A stretch of 63,479 bases of DNA, the filler included, from Eubacteriales bacterium (lineage in GTDB: Bacteria; Bacillota; Clostridia; Oscillospirales; CAG-382), in NCBI GenBank assembly GCA_045636665.1. It is 10 parts of 10 records of this genome, joined end to end, with 100 filler letters (N's around TTAATTAATTAA, not from the genome) between each part and the next. Parts side by side here need not be neighbours in the genome. Positions count along the whole stretch, not along the records: positions 30,222 to 32,966 come from JAZTXY010000049.1; positions 33,067 to 36,429 come from JAZTXY010000050.1; positions 36,530 to 42,348 come from JAZTXY010000051.1; 7 more parts are not named here. One strand, given 5' to 3'. A program made the translations under genes and the position numbers. Each line of letters opens with the position of its first letter. Within the stretch, counting starts at the first letter, position 1. The notes below the pieces were generated by a model. The model was given only the letters and a program-made list of their open reading frames with translations. It was not told the DNA's origin and did not search any database. Of this stretch, positions 30,396 through 40,352 are shown in pieces.

Positions 30396-31772
30396 ATGGC
30401 AAAAATGTGGGCGGGCAGAACCGCCGGAGCGACCGATAAGCTTGCCGACGATTTCAATTCCTCGATAAGCTTCGATTCGAGAATGTACCGTCAGGACATC
30501 ACGGGCAGTATGGCGCACGCCGCAATGCTCGGCGCAAAGGGTATTATCACCGCCGAGGAAGCGGATGCCCTTATCGCAGGCCTTGAAGAATTGTTGGGCG
30601 ATATCGAATCGGGCAAGGTCATTATCGACCTTGAATGCGAAGATATTCATATGTTCGTCGAGCAACTTCTTACCGAACGCATCGGCGAGGTCGGCAAAAA
30701 GCTTCACACCGCAAGAAGCCGAAACGACCAAGTTGCGCTCGACCTTCGAATGTACCTGCGCGAGGAAGCGGAAACGGTAATTTCGCTTATAAAAGCGGTC
30801 GTTAATGCACTTTTAAATATAGCAAAAGAAAATAAAGACGCGATAATGCCGGGTTACACCCATTTGCAACGCGCTCAACCGATAACCTTTGCGCATCATC
30901 TGTTTGCTTACTGTATGATGCTCCTGCGCGATATCGACAGATTTTGCGATATGCGTAAGCGAATGAATATTTCGCCTATCGGCTCCTGCGCGCTTGCAGG
31001 CACGACCTATGACACCGACAGATATTTCGAGGCGGAAAAATTGGGCTTCGACGGCGTTTGTATGAACAGCATCGACGGCGTTTCCGACCGTGATTTCTGC
31101 GTTGAATTCGTTAACTGCTGTGCGATTACGATGATGCATCTTTCCCGTCTTTCCGAGGAGATAATCCTTTGGACAAGCTGGGAATTCAAGTTCGTTGAAT
31201 TGTCGGATGCCTTCACAACCGGCTCGAGCATAATGCCTCAAAAGAAGAATTCGGATATGGCAGAGCTTATAAGAGGCAAGACGGGCAGAGTTTACGGCGA
31301 CCTTATCGGTATTTTAACCGTTCTTAAAGGACTTCCGCTTGCATACAACAAGGATATGCAGGAGGATAAGGAAGGCGTTTTCGATGCGGTCGATACGATC
31401 AAAATGTGCCTTTCGGTAATGGCGCCGATGATCGAAACGATGAAGGTAAACAAGGACAATATGCTTCGCGCCGCACAGGAGGGCTTTATCAACGCAACCG
31501 ACCTTGCCGATTACCTTGTTAAAAAGGGTATGCCGTTCAGAACGGCTTACAAAATTTCGGGAACGCTCGTTTCGGAATGCATAAAGCGAAGAATAGTGCT
31601 TGAAGAGGTAACGCTCGACGAGTATAAAACCTACAGCGAGCTTTTCGAGTCCGACGTTTTCGAAGAAATTTCGCTTCAAACCTGCGTTGCAAAACGCATT
31701 TCGCTCGGCGGAACAAGTCAGGCATCTGCCGATGCACAAATAGAATTTATTGAAAAAGAATTAAATAAATAA
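30396..31772 (+). CDS. argH: Argininosuccinate lyase
   Basis: HTARSRNDQ, PGYTHLQRAQP, GSSIMPQKKN. Confidence 0.97.
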   Translation: MAKMWAGRTAGATDKLADDFNSSISFDSRMYRQDITGSMAHAAMLGAKGIITAEEADALIAGLEELLGDIESGKVIIDLECEDIHMFVEQLLTERIGEVGKKLHTARSRNDQVALDLRMYLREEAETVISLIKAVVNALLNIAKENKDAIMPGYTHLQRAQPITFAHHLFAYCMMLLRDIDRFCDMRKRMNISPIGSCALAGTTYDTDRYFEAEKLGFDGVCMNSIDGVSDRDFCVEFVNCCAITMMHLSRLSEEIILWTSWEFKFVELSDAFTTGSSIMPQKKNSDMAELIRGKTGRVYGDLIGILTVLKGLPLAYNKDMQEDKEGVFDAVDTIKMCLSVMAPMIETMKVNKDNMLRAAQEGFINATDLADYLVKKGMPFRTAYKISGTLVSECIKRRIVLEEVTLDEYKTYSELFESDVFEEISLQTCVAKRISLGGTSQASADAQIEFIEKELNK

Positions 31773-31799
31773 TTTACATAATCGAAAGGAAAAAAGACA

Positions 31800-32567
31800 A
31801 TGAAAAAGTTTTTAGCACTCTTACTCAGTATCGTATTCGTTTCCGTATGCTTTACCGGCTGCGGCACAAGCGGCAAGACCCTTGCAGAAGTTAAAGAAGC
31901 AGGTCAGCTCGTTATCGCAACCAGCCCCGACTTTCCTCCCTTTGAAAACCTCGAAGGCGATAAGATCGTAGGTATCGAGGTTGACATTATGGCTATCGTA
32001 TGCGAAAAGCTCGGAGTTACTCCCGTTTACGAGCAAATCAATTTCGACGCAGTTCTCACCGGCGTTCAAACCGGCAAGTACGATTGCGGTATGTCCGGTA
32101 TCTCGGTTACCGACAAGCGTAAGGAAAACACCCTCTTCACCAAGGAATATTGCTTGGCAGCACAGTGCATCGTAGTTAAGGCAGACAGCACCATCGCTTC
32201 CAAGGCAGACCTCGAAGGCAAAAAGATTGCTGTTCAGACCGGTACCACCGCGGCTGAATTCTGCAGCGGCGAAGGTTATGACCTCAGCCAATTCGAAGCA
32301 AACCAGGATGCAAAGCTCGCTCTTACTCAGGGCAAGGTTCAAGCTTGGGTAGTTGACGACCTTACTGCGGCTGAAATGTGCAAGGGCGACGACAGCGTTA
32401 AGATTCTTGAAGAATCCATGACCACCGAACCCTATGCATTCGCATTCGCATTCGGCTCCGAAGACCTTGTTGAAGAAATCAACAAGATTATCGACGAGCT
32501 CATTGCTGACGGCACCGTAAAATCCATCTTCGACAAATACGAAGCACCCTACACCAAACCCGAATGA
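31800..32567 (+). CDS. Polar amino acid ABC transporter substrate-binding lipoprotein
   Basis: Lipobox FTGC, TSPDFPPFE, AVQTGTT. Confidence 0.9.
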   Translation: MKKFLALLLSIVFVSVCFTGCGTSGKTLAEVKEAGQLVIATSPDFPPFENLEGDKIVGIEVDIMAIVCEKLGVTPVYEQINFDAVLTGVQTGKYDCGMSGISVTDKRKENTLFTKEYCLAAQCIVVKADSTIASKADLEGKKIAVQTGTTAAEFCSGEGYDLSQFEANQDAKLALTQGKVQAWVVDDLTAAEMCKGDDSVKILEESMTTEPYAFAFAFGSEDLVEEINKIIDELIADGTVKSIFDKYEAPYTKPE

Positions 32568-32633
32568 TTTCTAAAACCATTTTAGAGGTTGCTTATTCCG
32601 CAACCTCTAAAATTCTTTTTGAAAGGAACACGA

Positions 32634-32966
32634 ATGAACGCTTGGCTTGATAAACTTTACAAAACCTTTATAGTTGACGACAACTATATGATGATTATAA
32701 AGGGTTTTGGAAACACACTTTTAATTACCCTATGCGCTCTTTTAATCGGTATTGTCATCGGTTCGGTTATTGCAATCGCAAAATATTATGCCGAAGATAA
32801 TAAAAGATTGAAAATAGTAAACGTTATTTGCGATATCTATACAACCGCAATCCGCGGTATTCCCGTTACCGTTCTTTTGATGATATTCTATTTCATCATT
32901 TTCGTTTCGGACACAACGGGAATAATGACTGCTATAATTGCATTCGGTATCAACTCGGGTGCATAT
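32634..32966 (+). CDS. Amino acid ABC transporter permease, truncated
   Basis: NTLLIT, IRGIPV, GINSGAY. Confidence 0.88.
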
Positions 32967-33071
32967 NNNNNNNNNNNNNNNNNNNNNNNNNNNNNNNNNN
33001 NNNNNNNNNNTTAATTAATTAANNNNNNNNNNNNNNNNNNNNNNNNNNNNNNNNNNNNNNNNNNNNTTATA

Positions 33072-33187
33072 AAAAGCCCCTCTCTCCTGCTCTCTCCCCA
33101 AAAATTTTATATATATTTTTATTCCAATATTTAAAAATTTTGAAGAGAGAGTTTGAGAGAGAAACTTTTTTAAAAGCTTCTCTCTCA
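33072..33187. repeat. Inverted CT/GA-rich intergenic repeat
   Basis: CCCCTCTCTCCTGCTCTCTCCCCAAAAATTTT opposite AAAAATTTTGAAGAGAGAGTTTGAGAGAGAAACTTTT...AAAAGCTTCTCTCTCA. Confidence 0.5.
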
Positions 33188-33203
33188 TTAAATCCTCAAC
33201 AAA

Positions 33204-33401
33204 TTATTTCTTTTTAAGCTTGTCGAAAAGCGACTGCGCCTTGTTAAGCGATCCTGCCTTTGCGGCATCGTCCTTTGTAAGGGTGTAAATATCGCGTTCT
33301 TTTGCGTTTTCAAAAAGCGAAGCGGGTAAATTTACAAATCCCTTACCGTCGATTTCGCAAACGGCAATATCGCCTTCGATTCTGTCGATAATTATTTTCA
33401 T
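33204..33401 (-). CDS. DUF3006 family protein
   Basis: IIDRIEGDIAVCE; follows a ComEC-like MBL gene. Confidence 0.85.
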   Translation of the reverse strand: MKIIIDRIEGDIAVCEIDGKGFVNLPASLFENAKERDIYTLTKDDAAKAGSLNKAQSLFDKLKKK

Positions 33402-33410
33402 ACTTCGCCC

Positions 33411-34496
33411 CTATTCCTTCGGCTTGCAGGTACTGCAAAGCGCGTAACCGAGCGCCTGCAATTCGGAAAGTCCCATTGTTGAATATGCCTTGTTTGCTTC
33501 CTTCATATCAACAGCGCCGTTGCAGGAATCGCTATGCACCTTTTTACTGCTGATATTAAGCACCCAGTTGTGACTCGCAACCGACACGTTTTCCTTAATT
33601 ACAAGGTCGGTTCCGTTTGTAGTAATGCTTATATTGCCCGAAATATCGGTGCGGTAGACGTTCTTGATTCCCGCAGCTTCAAGCCGCGCAAGCGCTTCCT
33701 TGTGGGGATGTCCGTAGGAATTACCCTCACCGCAGGAAATAACCGCAATTTGCGGCTTTGCCTTGCCAAGCAGATATTCACCCGACGAGGTCGAGCTTCC
33801 GTGGTGACCTGCCTTAAGAACGTCGCATTTAATATCGCCCTCAATAGTGCTTTCTTCATCGATTTCGGCATCGCCCGTGAAAAGAAATGCACGGTTTCCG
33901 AAGCTTAAATGAAGCACTGCCGAGCAGTTATTCATATCGTCGACAATAACGCTCGGGGCAACGAATTTACCCTTTGCGCCGCCGAAATCAACCTCAAGCC
34001 CTGCCTTTGCGACGGTGATGCTTAACCCTTTTTCATCAAACGCCTCAAGCAGATTGATAAAGGTCTTCGTATCGGTAACCGCTTCGGGCATATAAACCTC
34101 GCCGACTTCAAAATGCGATATAACGGTTTGCATACCGCCGATATGGTCGGCGTGGGGATGAGTCGCAATCAAGTGGTCGATTTTTTTATAACCCAAGCAA
34201 TCGATAAACGAAATTATTCTGTTTGCAAATTCTCGCTCGCTTGCATCGATGAGCATACATTCTCCGCTTGGCAATTCAACAAAAATCGAATCGCCCTGAC
34301 CTACGTCAAGAAAATGAACCTTAAGCTCACCGTTTACAGAAGAATCCAAGCTTTCAACGTTGCTCGTTAGATAATCGCTTACTTCCGAAATATCATCGGG
34401 CAAAGATGAAGCGCCGTTCGGAATTTCTGCTATACCGCAAGAGCATAGCAGAAAAACCGCAACAAGTAATGAAATTAACTTAAGCTTATTTGCCAT
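33411..34496 (-). CDS. ComEC/Rec2-like metallo-beta-lactamase fold lipoprotein with Zn-binding tail
   Basis: HFLDVGQGD, THPHADHIGG, GHHGS, YGHPH; C-terminal H..SC...CSTC. Confidence 0.88.
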   Translation of the reverse strand: MANKLKLISLLVAVFLLCSCGIAEIPNGASSLPDDISEVSDYLTSNVESLDSSVNGELKVHFLDVGQGDSIFVELPSGECMLIDASEREFANRIISFIDCLGYKKIDHLIATHPHADHIGGMQTVISHFEVGEVYMPEAVTDTKTFINLLEAFDEKGLSITVAKAGLEVDFGGAKGKFVAPSVIVDDMNNCSAVLHLSFGNRAFLFTGDAEIDEESTIEGDIKCDVLKAGHHGSSTSSGEYLLGKAKPQIAVISCGEGNSYGHPHKEALARLEAAGIKNVYRTDISGNISITTNGTDLVIKENVSVASHNWVLNISSKKVHSDSCNGAVDMKEANKAYSTMGLSELQALGYALCSTCKPKE

Positions 34497-34498
34497 AT

Positions 34499-36154
34499 TT
34501 ATTTATCGAAAATATTATAGCTTCCAAGCACGTGACGTTTAACGAGAATATAGTCGTATTTATTGGTCGAACCGTCACCGTCAACGTCTGTAACCTTCGA
34601 GTCAAGATACTTAGGCACGTAGGTTTTAAGACATACGCGCTTAATCATAATATAGTCGTATTTATCAACCATACCGTTTGACGAAACGTCGCCCTTGATA
34701 AGCACCGTATAGGATGCGCCGCCGAGCGTTACCGAGCTGCCGTTCGAAACGTATTCGCTGCTCGAAATTTCGCCGTTTTTGTCGATAAGCTTCGCGCCGT
34801 TTTTGAAATTCTTCAAAAAGTCGGAAGCCTTTGTTTTTTCGGAAATGCCCTTTAGGAAAAATCCGTCTTGATTGATTCCCGTTGACGAGTTAACGCTTAT
34901 AAGCGTTTCGATACCCCATTCCTTAAGGAGCCATTCGTTACGTTTTTGAAGCCAATTGCGGTAAAATTCAACGTTGGCGTCATAGGTTTTATCGGGTACA
35001 CGTTCAAGCTCGCTGTATACCTTGCCGACAATCCAGCCTGCTTGAGTGTAATTACGGGTTATTGTTCCGTTATATTGCTCGATAGTTGCATCGATATAAT
35101 TTTCGCCAAGACGGTTATCGGCGAAAAGGTTCACAATCTCATCCTGAAGCTCAAGATATCTTTCCTTCAATGCCGTTTCGAATTCGGTGTATCGAAGCAA
35201 GGGTCTAAACCAAAGCGTGTTACACCACAAGCCCTCCCAGCTGTTGCCAGAGGTACTAACGTTGTTATAAGTCTTGTAATACGAGGATGAACAGTTACCC
35301 GAGGAAAGGTCGAAGTCCCAGCAAGGTCCGCCGTAAATTTTATCGCCTTTAACGTAAAAACGTGTACTGCCAACATCAATATCAACGTTTTTAAAGAGCT
35401 CAAGAACAATGTAAAAATCGATCATCGATTCGATATCAAAATATTTCTTTACATTGTCATAATTTTTCGAGGCAAGTGCCGCTTCAGCATCGGAAAGGAA
35501 ATCCATAAGCCAATTAAACTGTGCGCTCGAGGGTTCTTCGGGCTCATTAATACCGAAACGGATACCATAGCGGCTTGTAGTGAAATAAACAGTACCCTCG
35601 TCGGTTCTTGCGTCGCGTTCGAGAATAAATTCGTTTGCATCGTTATCAATATCAACTCTCGTTTCCGATGCTTCAACGGCATCCGTCAAAAGATAACTGC
35701 CAAGAAAACGGTCGTTATGATAAACGTCTACAACGCGATACGACGGGGTGTATGCCAAACCGATGCTGTCTGCAAAATCAAAAACGGTTTGGTTGCGGAT
35801 AAGTGTTCTTTCATAGCAGTTTGCAAGAAGACACCATTTTTTATTTTTACCCATACCAAGCACGTCGGTCTTGCTCGAGAACTTGATATTAAAGGGCTTT
35901 TTCTCGCCCGACGAGGTCGAATTACCGCGAATCTTTACCTCTGATTCATCATCAAAAATAATTTCGTGGGTACCGCCCTTTTCATCAATTATTTCAACGG
36001 TACAATCGATATAATCGGTAGAAAGCGATTTTGAAGTAGTAATAAATACTTTAGGTACGTCTGTGGGCGATTTTAATTCGTTTGCGGCATTAACGGGAAC
36101 AGCAAAAACGCCAAGCACCATAATAATACAAAGTATAATTGCTAATTTTCTCAT
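34499..36154 (-). CDS. Secreted CotH-kinase family protein with C-terminal dockerin
   Basis: IKxRGNSTS-like KIRGNSTS, KKWCLLAN, GPCWDFDLSSGN; duplicated GDV..NG.VDKYDY..KR / DVDGDG..NKYDY..KR. Confidence 0.85.
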   Translation of the reverse strand: MRKLAIILCIIMVLGVFAVPVNAANELKSPTDVPKVFITTSKSLSTDYIDCTVEIIDEKGGTHEIIFDDESEVKIRGNSTSSGEKKPFNIKFSSKTDVLGMGKNKKWCLLANCYERTLIRNQTVFDFADSIGLAYTPSYRVVDVYHNDRFLGSYLLTDAVEASETRVDIDNDANEFILERDARTDEGTVYFTTSRYGIRFGINEPEEPSSAQFNWLMDFLSDAEAALASKNYDNVKKYFDIESMIDFYIVLELFKNVDIDVGSTRFYVKGDKIYGGPCWDFDLSSGNCSSSYYKTYNNVSTSGNSWEGLWCNTLWFRPLLRYTEFETALKERYLELQDEIVNLFADNRLGENYIDATIEQYNGTITRNYTQAGWIVGKVYSELERVPDKTYDANVEFYRNWLQKRNEWLLKEWGIETLISVNSSTGINQDGFFLKGISEKTKASDFLKNFKNGAKLIDKNGEISSSEYVSNGSSVTLGGASYTVLIKGDVSSNGMVDKYDYIMIKRVCLKTYVPKYLDSKVTDVDGDGSTNKYDYILVKRHVLGSYNIFDK

Positions 36155-36217
36155 ATTTATCTCCTTCGTATAATTTATACCTAATTATAATTTATTTTCA
36201 GATTTTTGTCAATAAAA

Positions 36218-36247
36218 AAAGAAGACGGTGTAAAAACCGTCTTCTTT
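36218..36247 (-). terminator. Rho-independent terminator
   Basis: AAGAAGACGG...CCGTCTTCTT hairpin with a T tract on the minus strand. Confidence 0.7.
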
Positions 36248-36272
36248 AGCTTTAAAAGCTTATTGCTTTAAA

Positions 36273-36428
36273 TTATCTGCGAGTCTTAATAACTACAGCA
36301 GAGCCTGCGATTGCAACGAGTGCGATGATCGCGAAGATGATCATGTTGGAAGCATCGCCGGGCTTGGTGTCTTCAGGCTTGGAGGTATCGGGTTCGGAAA
36401 CCTCGGTATCTTCGGTAGGATCAGCGAT
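36273..36428 (-). CDS. C-terminal fragment of a cell-surface anchored protein
   Basis: ...DTSKPEDTKPGDASNMIIFAIIALVAIAGSAVVIKTRR: linker, TM helix, basic tail. Confidence 0.7.
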   Translation of the reverse strand: MADPTEDTEVSEPDTSKPEDTKPGDASNMIIFAIIALVAIAGSAVVIKTRR

Positions 36429-36529
36429 TNNNNNNNNNNNNNNNNNNNNNNNNNNNNNNNNNNNNNNNNNNNNTTAATTAATTAANNNNNNNNNNNNNNN
36501 NNNNNNNNNNNNNNNNNNNNNNNNNNNNN

Positions 36530-36742
36530 CTCGTCAAGAAGACGAACGGTTTCTTCACCGATCGAGGTGAAATCCTCCTTGGTAAGGTCAACCGTAAGGT
36601 TGCCCGAAAGCGAAAGCGAGGAAAGGAACACGTTTACAACAAGGATAAACGCAACGAAAACAAGGGTGAATGCGATTGAAAGTCCGCCGTATTTATAGCG
36701 TCTGTTATCTCTGACAGCGGTATTTTTATTTTTTTGACTCAT
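36530..36742 (-). CDS. GldG-like ABC transporter auxiliary protein, N-terminal fragment
   Basis: KYGG..TM..N...DLT..FTSI; follows an ABC-2 permease. Confidence 0.7.
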
Positions 36743-36760
36743 TGTACAATACCGCCTTTC

Positions 36761-37468
36761 TTATGCCCAGCGGCGTTTTTCGATAACGCGCGTGGTGATA
36801 AATATTGCGACAGCCGCAAGTGAGATATAATAAACTATTGCCGAAAAATCGAGCGTTTGGTTGGTAAAGGGGATAAAACGGTCGAGCACCGAGAACCATT
36901 TGAAAATAGTGCGCCAGAAGGTCGATTCGATACCGCCGGCAAGCAGGCTGATAAGAAGCATTGCCGCGTTAACGCCCATTGCCGAAACCGCTGCGATAAG
37001 CTGGTTTTCGGTAAGCGACGAAAGAAGCACGCCGATTGCGATAAATGCCGCGCCGAGGAGGAAAAGACCGATAATATTAACGAATATCGAGGTCGCATTG
37101 GGCGAGCCGTATTTGAAAAGAAGCACGAAATTGAAGCTGTTAACAACAAAGGTCGCGCCGAAAATCGTGAGCGCCGCAAGATATTTGCCCATTACGATGC
37201 CGAAGACCGAAACGGGGCTTGTGAGAAGTATTTGGTCGGTACGGGTTCTTCTGTCCTCAGAAAAGAGCTTCATTGTAAGAAGCGGCAAAAGGATTGCGAA
37301 CACAGCCATAAGATAAATGAAATAATCGCCGATGTTGCTTGTGGTTTGCGCGTAAAGGGTGGTTGCCGAGAAAATAAGACCCGAAACTACCAAAAACACA
37401 CCGCAGAAGATATATCCGATAGGGGTGTAGAAATAGGATTTAAGTTCTCTTGAATAGATTGCAAACAT
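36761..37468 (-). CDS. ABC-2 type (GldF-like) permease
   Basis: RELKSYFYTPIGY, LTMKLFSEDRR, TENQLIAA. Confidence 0.85.
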   Translation of the reverse strand: MFAIYSRELKSYFYTPIGYIFCGVFLVVSGLIFSATTLYAQTTSNIGDYFIYLMAVFAILLPLLTMKLFSEDRRTRTDQILLTSPVSVFGIVMGKYLAALTIFGATFVVNSFNFVLLFKYGSPNATSIFVNIIGLFLLGAAFIAIGVLLSSLTENQLIAAVSAMGVNAAMLLISLLAGGIESTFWRTIFKWFSVLDRFIPFTNQTLDFSAIVYYISLAAVAIFITTRVIEKRRWA

Positions 37469-38440
37469 TTATTTCACACCCTTTCTCAATTTCTTGTCTT
37501 CCTTGTCCTTTTCCTTACCGACAAGGCGCATAAAGATATCTTCAAGACTCAATTCCATACCTTCAAGACCGATAAGAGGCCAATTTCTGCCCGAAAGCAA
37601 AGCGAAAAGCGGTTTTCTTATATCAACGCGGTCCTGCGATTCGATAAGATAGCTTACGCTGTCGGTATCGCGCTTGCCCAAAACGTCGGCAGTTTTAACG
37701 CCGCCGAGCGATTTGATTGCCTTCAAAACCTCGTCCTGCGGTCCGACGATCTTCGCAACGAGCTTTCTCGAGCCGTCAACTGCGTTTATAAGGTCCTCGG
37801 TCTTTTCGTTTGCAACGATTTCACCCTTGTTGATAACCACGATTCTGTCACAAACCGCCTGAACCTCGGGCAGAATGTGGGTGGAGAGAATTATGGTATG
37901 CTCCTTACCGAGCATACGGATCAAATTACGGATTTCGATAATCTGACGGGGGTCAAGACCGATTGTCGGCTCGTCGAAAATAAGCACCTTCGGGTTGCCG
38001 ATAAGCGCTTGAGCAATACCTACTCTTTGACGGTAGCCCTTTGAAAGGTTTTTGGTAAGACGGTTTGCAACGTCCCAAATCTTTACAACCTCGCAAATTT
38101 CCTTTAAATGTTGCTTACGGGGAAGCTTACAGCCCTTGAGATCGTAAACGAAGTTAAGATATTCAAGAACTGTCATTTCCAAGTAAATAGGAGGAATTTC
38201 GGGCAAAAATCCGATATCCTTTTTCGCCTTTATAGGATTTTGAAGAATATCGGTGCCGTCGATTTTAACCGTACCGCTGTCGGCGGAAAGATAGCCGGTG
38301 ATTATGTTGAGCGTAGTGCTTTTACCTGCGCCGTTGGGGCCGAGAAAGCCGAGTATTTCGCCTTCCTTAACCTCGAAGGATATGCCGTTTACGGCATGCT
38401 TATTGCCGTAGCTTTTTCGAACGTCGGTGATCTCAATCAT
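37469..38440 (-). CDS. ABC transporter ATP-binding protein (GldA-like)
   Basis: [23 protein letters not shown]. Confidence 0.92.
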   Translation of the reverse strand: MIEITDVRKSYGNKHAVNGISFEVKEGEILGFLGPNGAGKSTTLNIITGYLSADSGTVKIDGTDILQNPIKAKKDIGFLPEIPPIYLEMTVLEYLNFVYDLKGCKLPRKQHLKEICEVVKIWDVANRLTKNLSKGYRQRVGIAQALIGNPKVLIFDEPTIGLDPRQIIEIRNLIRMLGKEHTIILSTHILPEVQAVCDRIVVINKGEIVANEKTEDLINAVDGSRKLVAKIVGPQDEVLKAIKSLGGVKTADVLGKRDTDSVSYLIESQDRVDIRKPLFALLSGRNWPLIGLEGMELSLEDIFMRLVGKEKDKEDKKLRKGVK

Positions 38441-38535
38441 TTTTCTGTTCTCGATATACCGCCATTTTCCACCGCGCGCACAAAACGCCAACGGTTTAAC
38501 ACGGTATATCTGCCTTTCTGCATATTTAAACGTAA

Positions 38536-40317
38536 TTACTTGTCTTCTTTAACGATGGAAATGCCGAGCTCTGCGATTGCCTGTGCGGGTACTTCCGCAG
38601 GGCAGTCGGTCATAAGCTCTTTTGCGTTTTGCATTTTGGGGTATGCAACGACGTCACGCAGACTTGTTGCGCCCAACATTTGCATTACCAAACGGTCAAG
38701 ACCGATACCCATACCGCCGTGAGGAGGCGCGCCGTAACGGAACGCTTCGAGGAGGTAGCCGAACTTAATTTGCGCTTCTTCCTTGGAAAGTCCCAAAAGG
38801 TCGAAAATCTTTGCCTGAAGCGCAGGCTCGGTGATACGGATAGAGCCGCTTGAAAGCTCGATGCCGTTAAGAACGAGGTCGTATGCCTTTGCGCGGACCT
38901 TGCCCTTGTCGGTGTCAAGATACTGAACGCATTCGTCCATAGGGCTTGTGAACGGGTGGTGCATCGCAACCCATTCGCCCGATTCGTAATCAAATTCAAA
39001 GAAGGGCATTTCAACGACCCAAAGGAAGTTGTAACCGCTTCTTTCGATATTAAGACGGTTTGCCGCTTCAACACGGAGCTGACCGAGCTGAGAAAGCAGA
39101 CGGTTGTTGTCGCTGTCGGCAAGAATAAGCAGAATATCGCCTTTTTCGCAGTTTGCCGCTTCGAAAATAGCGTTAAGCTCCGATTCGGTCATGTGCTTTA
39201 AGAAGGAGCCGCTGTCGGTATCGGCGCGCTTGACCCAAGCCAAGCCCTTTGCGCCGCAGCCCTTTGCGTATTCGCCCAATTTATCGATATCCTTACGCGA
39301 AAGCTTTTCGGCATAGCCCTTAAGATTAAGCGCACGCACGCTGCCGCCGTTTTCGATAGCCGAAGCAAACACGGGGAAGCCGCAGCCGTTAAGAGCATCG
39401 GTAAGATTGATGATTTCCATACCGAAGCGAAGGTCGGGCTTGTCCGAGCCGAAGCGTTCCATACATTCGCGGTAGGTATATCTGGGAAGCGGAGTGGGAA
39501 TTTCCACGTCCATACAGTCCTTGAAGATGTGGCTTATAAGGCCTTCGACCATATTAAGAACGTCGTCGGTATCGACAAACGACATTTCCATATCGATCTG
39601 AGTAAATTCGGGCTGACGGTCTGCGCGGAGGTCTTCATCGCGGAAGCAACGCGCGATTTGGAAATATTTATCAAAGCCCGCAACCATCGAAAGCTGCTTG
39701 TAAAGCTGGGGAGATTGAGGAAGCGCATAGAAGCTTCCCTTGTGCACGCGCGAGGGAACGAGATAGTCACGCGCTCCTTCGGGGGTGGATTTTATAAGGA
39801 TAGGAGTTTCGATTTCGATAAAGCCGTTATCGCAAAGATAGTCGCGCACCGATTTGGTAACCTTTGCACGGAACATAATGTTGTTTTGAAGAACGGGACG
39901 GCGAAGGTCAAGATATCTGTGGGTAACGCGCAATTCCTCGTTGGTTTTGCAATCGTCGGTAATATCGAAGGGAGGAGTTTCGCTTTCGCCGAGAATACGC
40001 ACGTTGGAAACGAAAATTTCGATATTGCCGGTGGGAATATCGGGGTTTTTGCTCGAGCGTTCACGAACAACGCCGGTTGCCGAAACAACGTATTCACTCT
40101 TTAACAAAAGTCCCTTTTCAAAAATTGCCTTTTCGGTGGTTTCGTCGAAGGCGAGCTGAACGATACCGCTTCTGTCACGAAGGTCGATAAAGATAAGACT
40201 GCCAAGGTCGCGTGATTTCTTCACCCAACCCATAACGCAAACAGTTTCGCCGATATTAGATTCTCTTAAATCGCCGCAGTAATGTGTGCGGCGTTCATTG
40301 CCAAGTAATTCTGCCAT
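38536..40317 (-). CDS. aspS: Aspartyl-tRNA synthetase
   Basis: TPEGARDYLVPSR, FRDEDLRADRQPEFTQ, GAPPHGG. Confidence 0.97.
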   Translation of the reverse strand: MAELLGNERRTHYCGDLRESNIGETVCVMGWVKKSRDLGSLIFIDLRDRSGIVQLAFDETTEKAIFEKGLLLKSEYVVSATGVVRERSSKNPDIPTGNIEIFVSNVRILGESETPPFDITDDCKTNEELRVTHRYLDLRRPVLQNNIMFRAKVTKSVRDYLCDNGFIEIETPILIKSTPEGARDYLVPSRVHKGSFYALPQSPQLYKQLSMVAGFDKYFQIARCFRDEDLRADRQPEFTQIDMEMSFVDTDDVLNMVEGLISHIFKDCMDVEIPTPLPRYTYRECMERFGSDKPDLRFGMEIINLTDALNGCGFPVFASAIENGGSVRALNLKGYAEKLSRKDIDKLGEYAKGCGAKGLAWVKRADTDSGSFLKHMTESELNAIFEAANCEKGDILLILADSDNNRLLSQLGQLRVEAANRLNIERSGYNFLWVVEMPFFEFDYESGEWVAMHHPFTSPMDECVQYLDTDKGKVRAKAYDLVLNGIELSSGSIRITEPALQAKIFDLLGLSKEEAQIKFGYLLEAFRYGAPPHGGMGIGLDRLVMQMLGATSLRDVVAYPKMQNAKELMTDCPAEVPAQAIAELGISIVKEDK

Positions 40318-40352
40318 ATCAATGCCTCAATATATTTTAAAGATATAATTTA

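Noticed and set aside
36530..38440. Gliding-motility system (Gld-like ABC genes)
   Set aside because: GldA/F/G-like ABC transporters are widespread in Clostridia, and no other gliding or T9SS genes are present.
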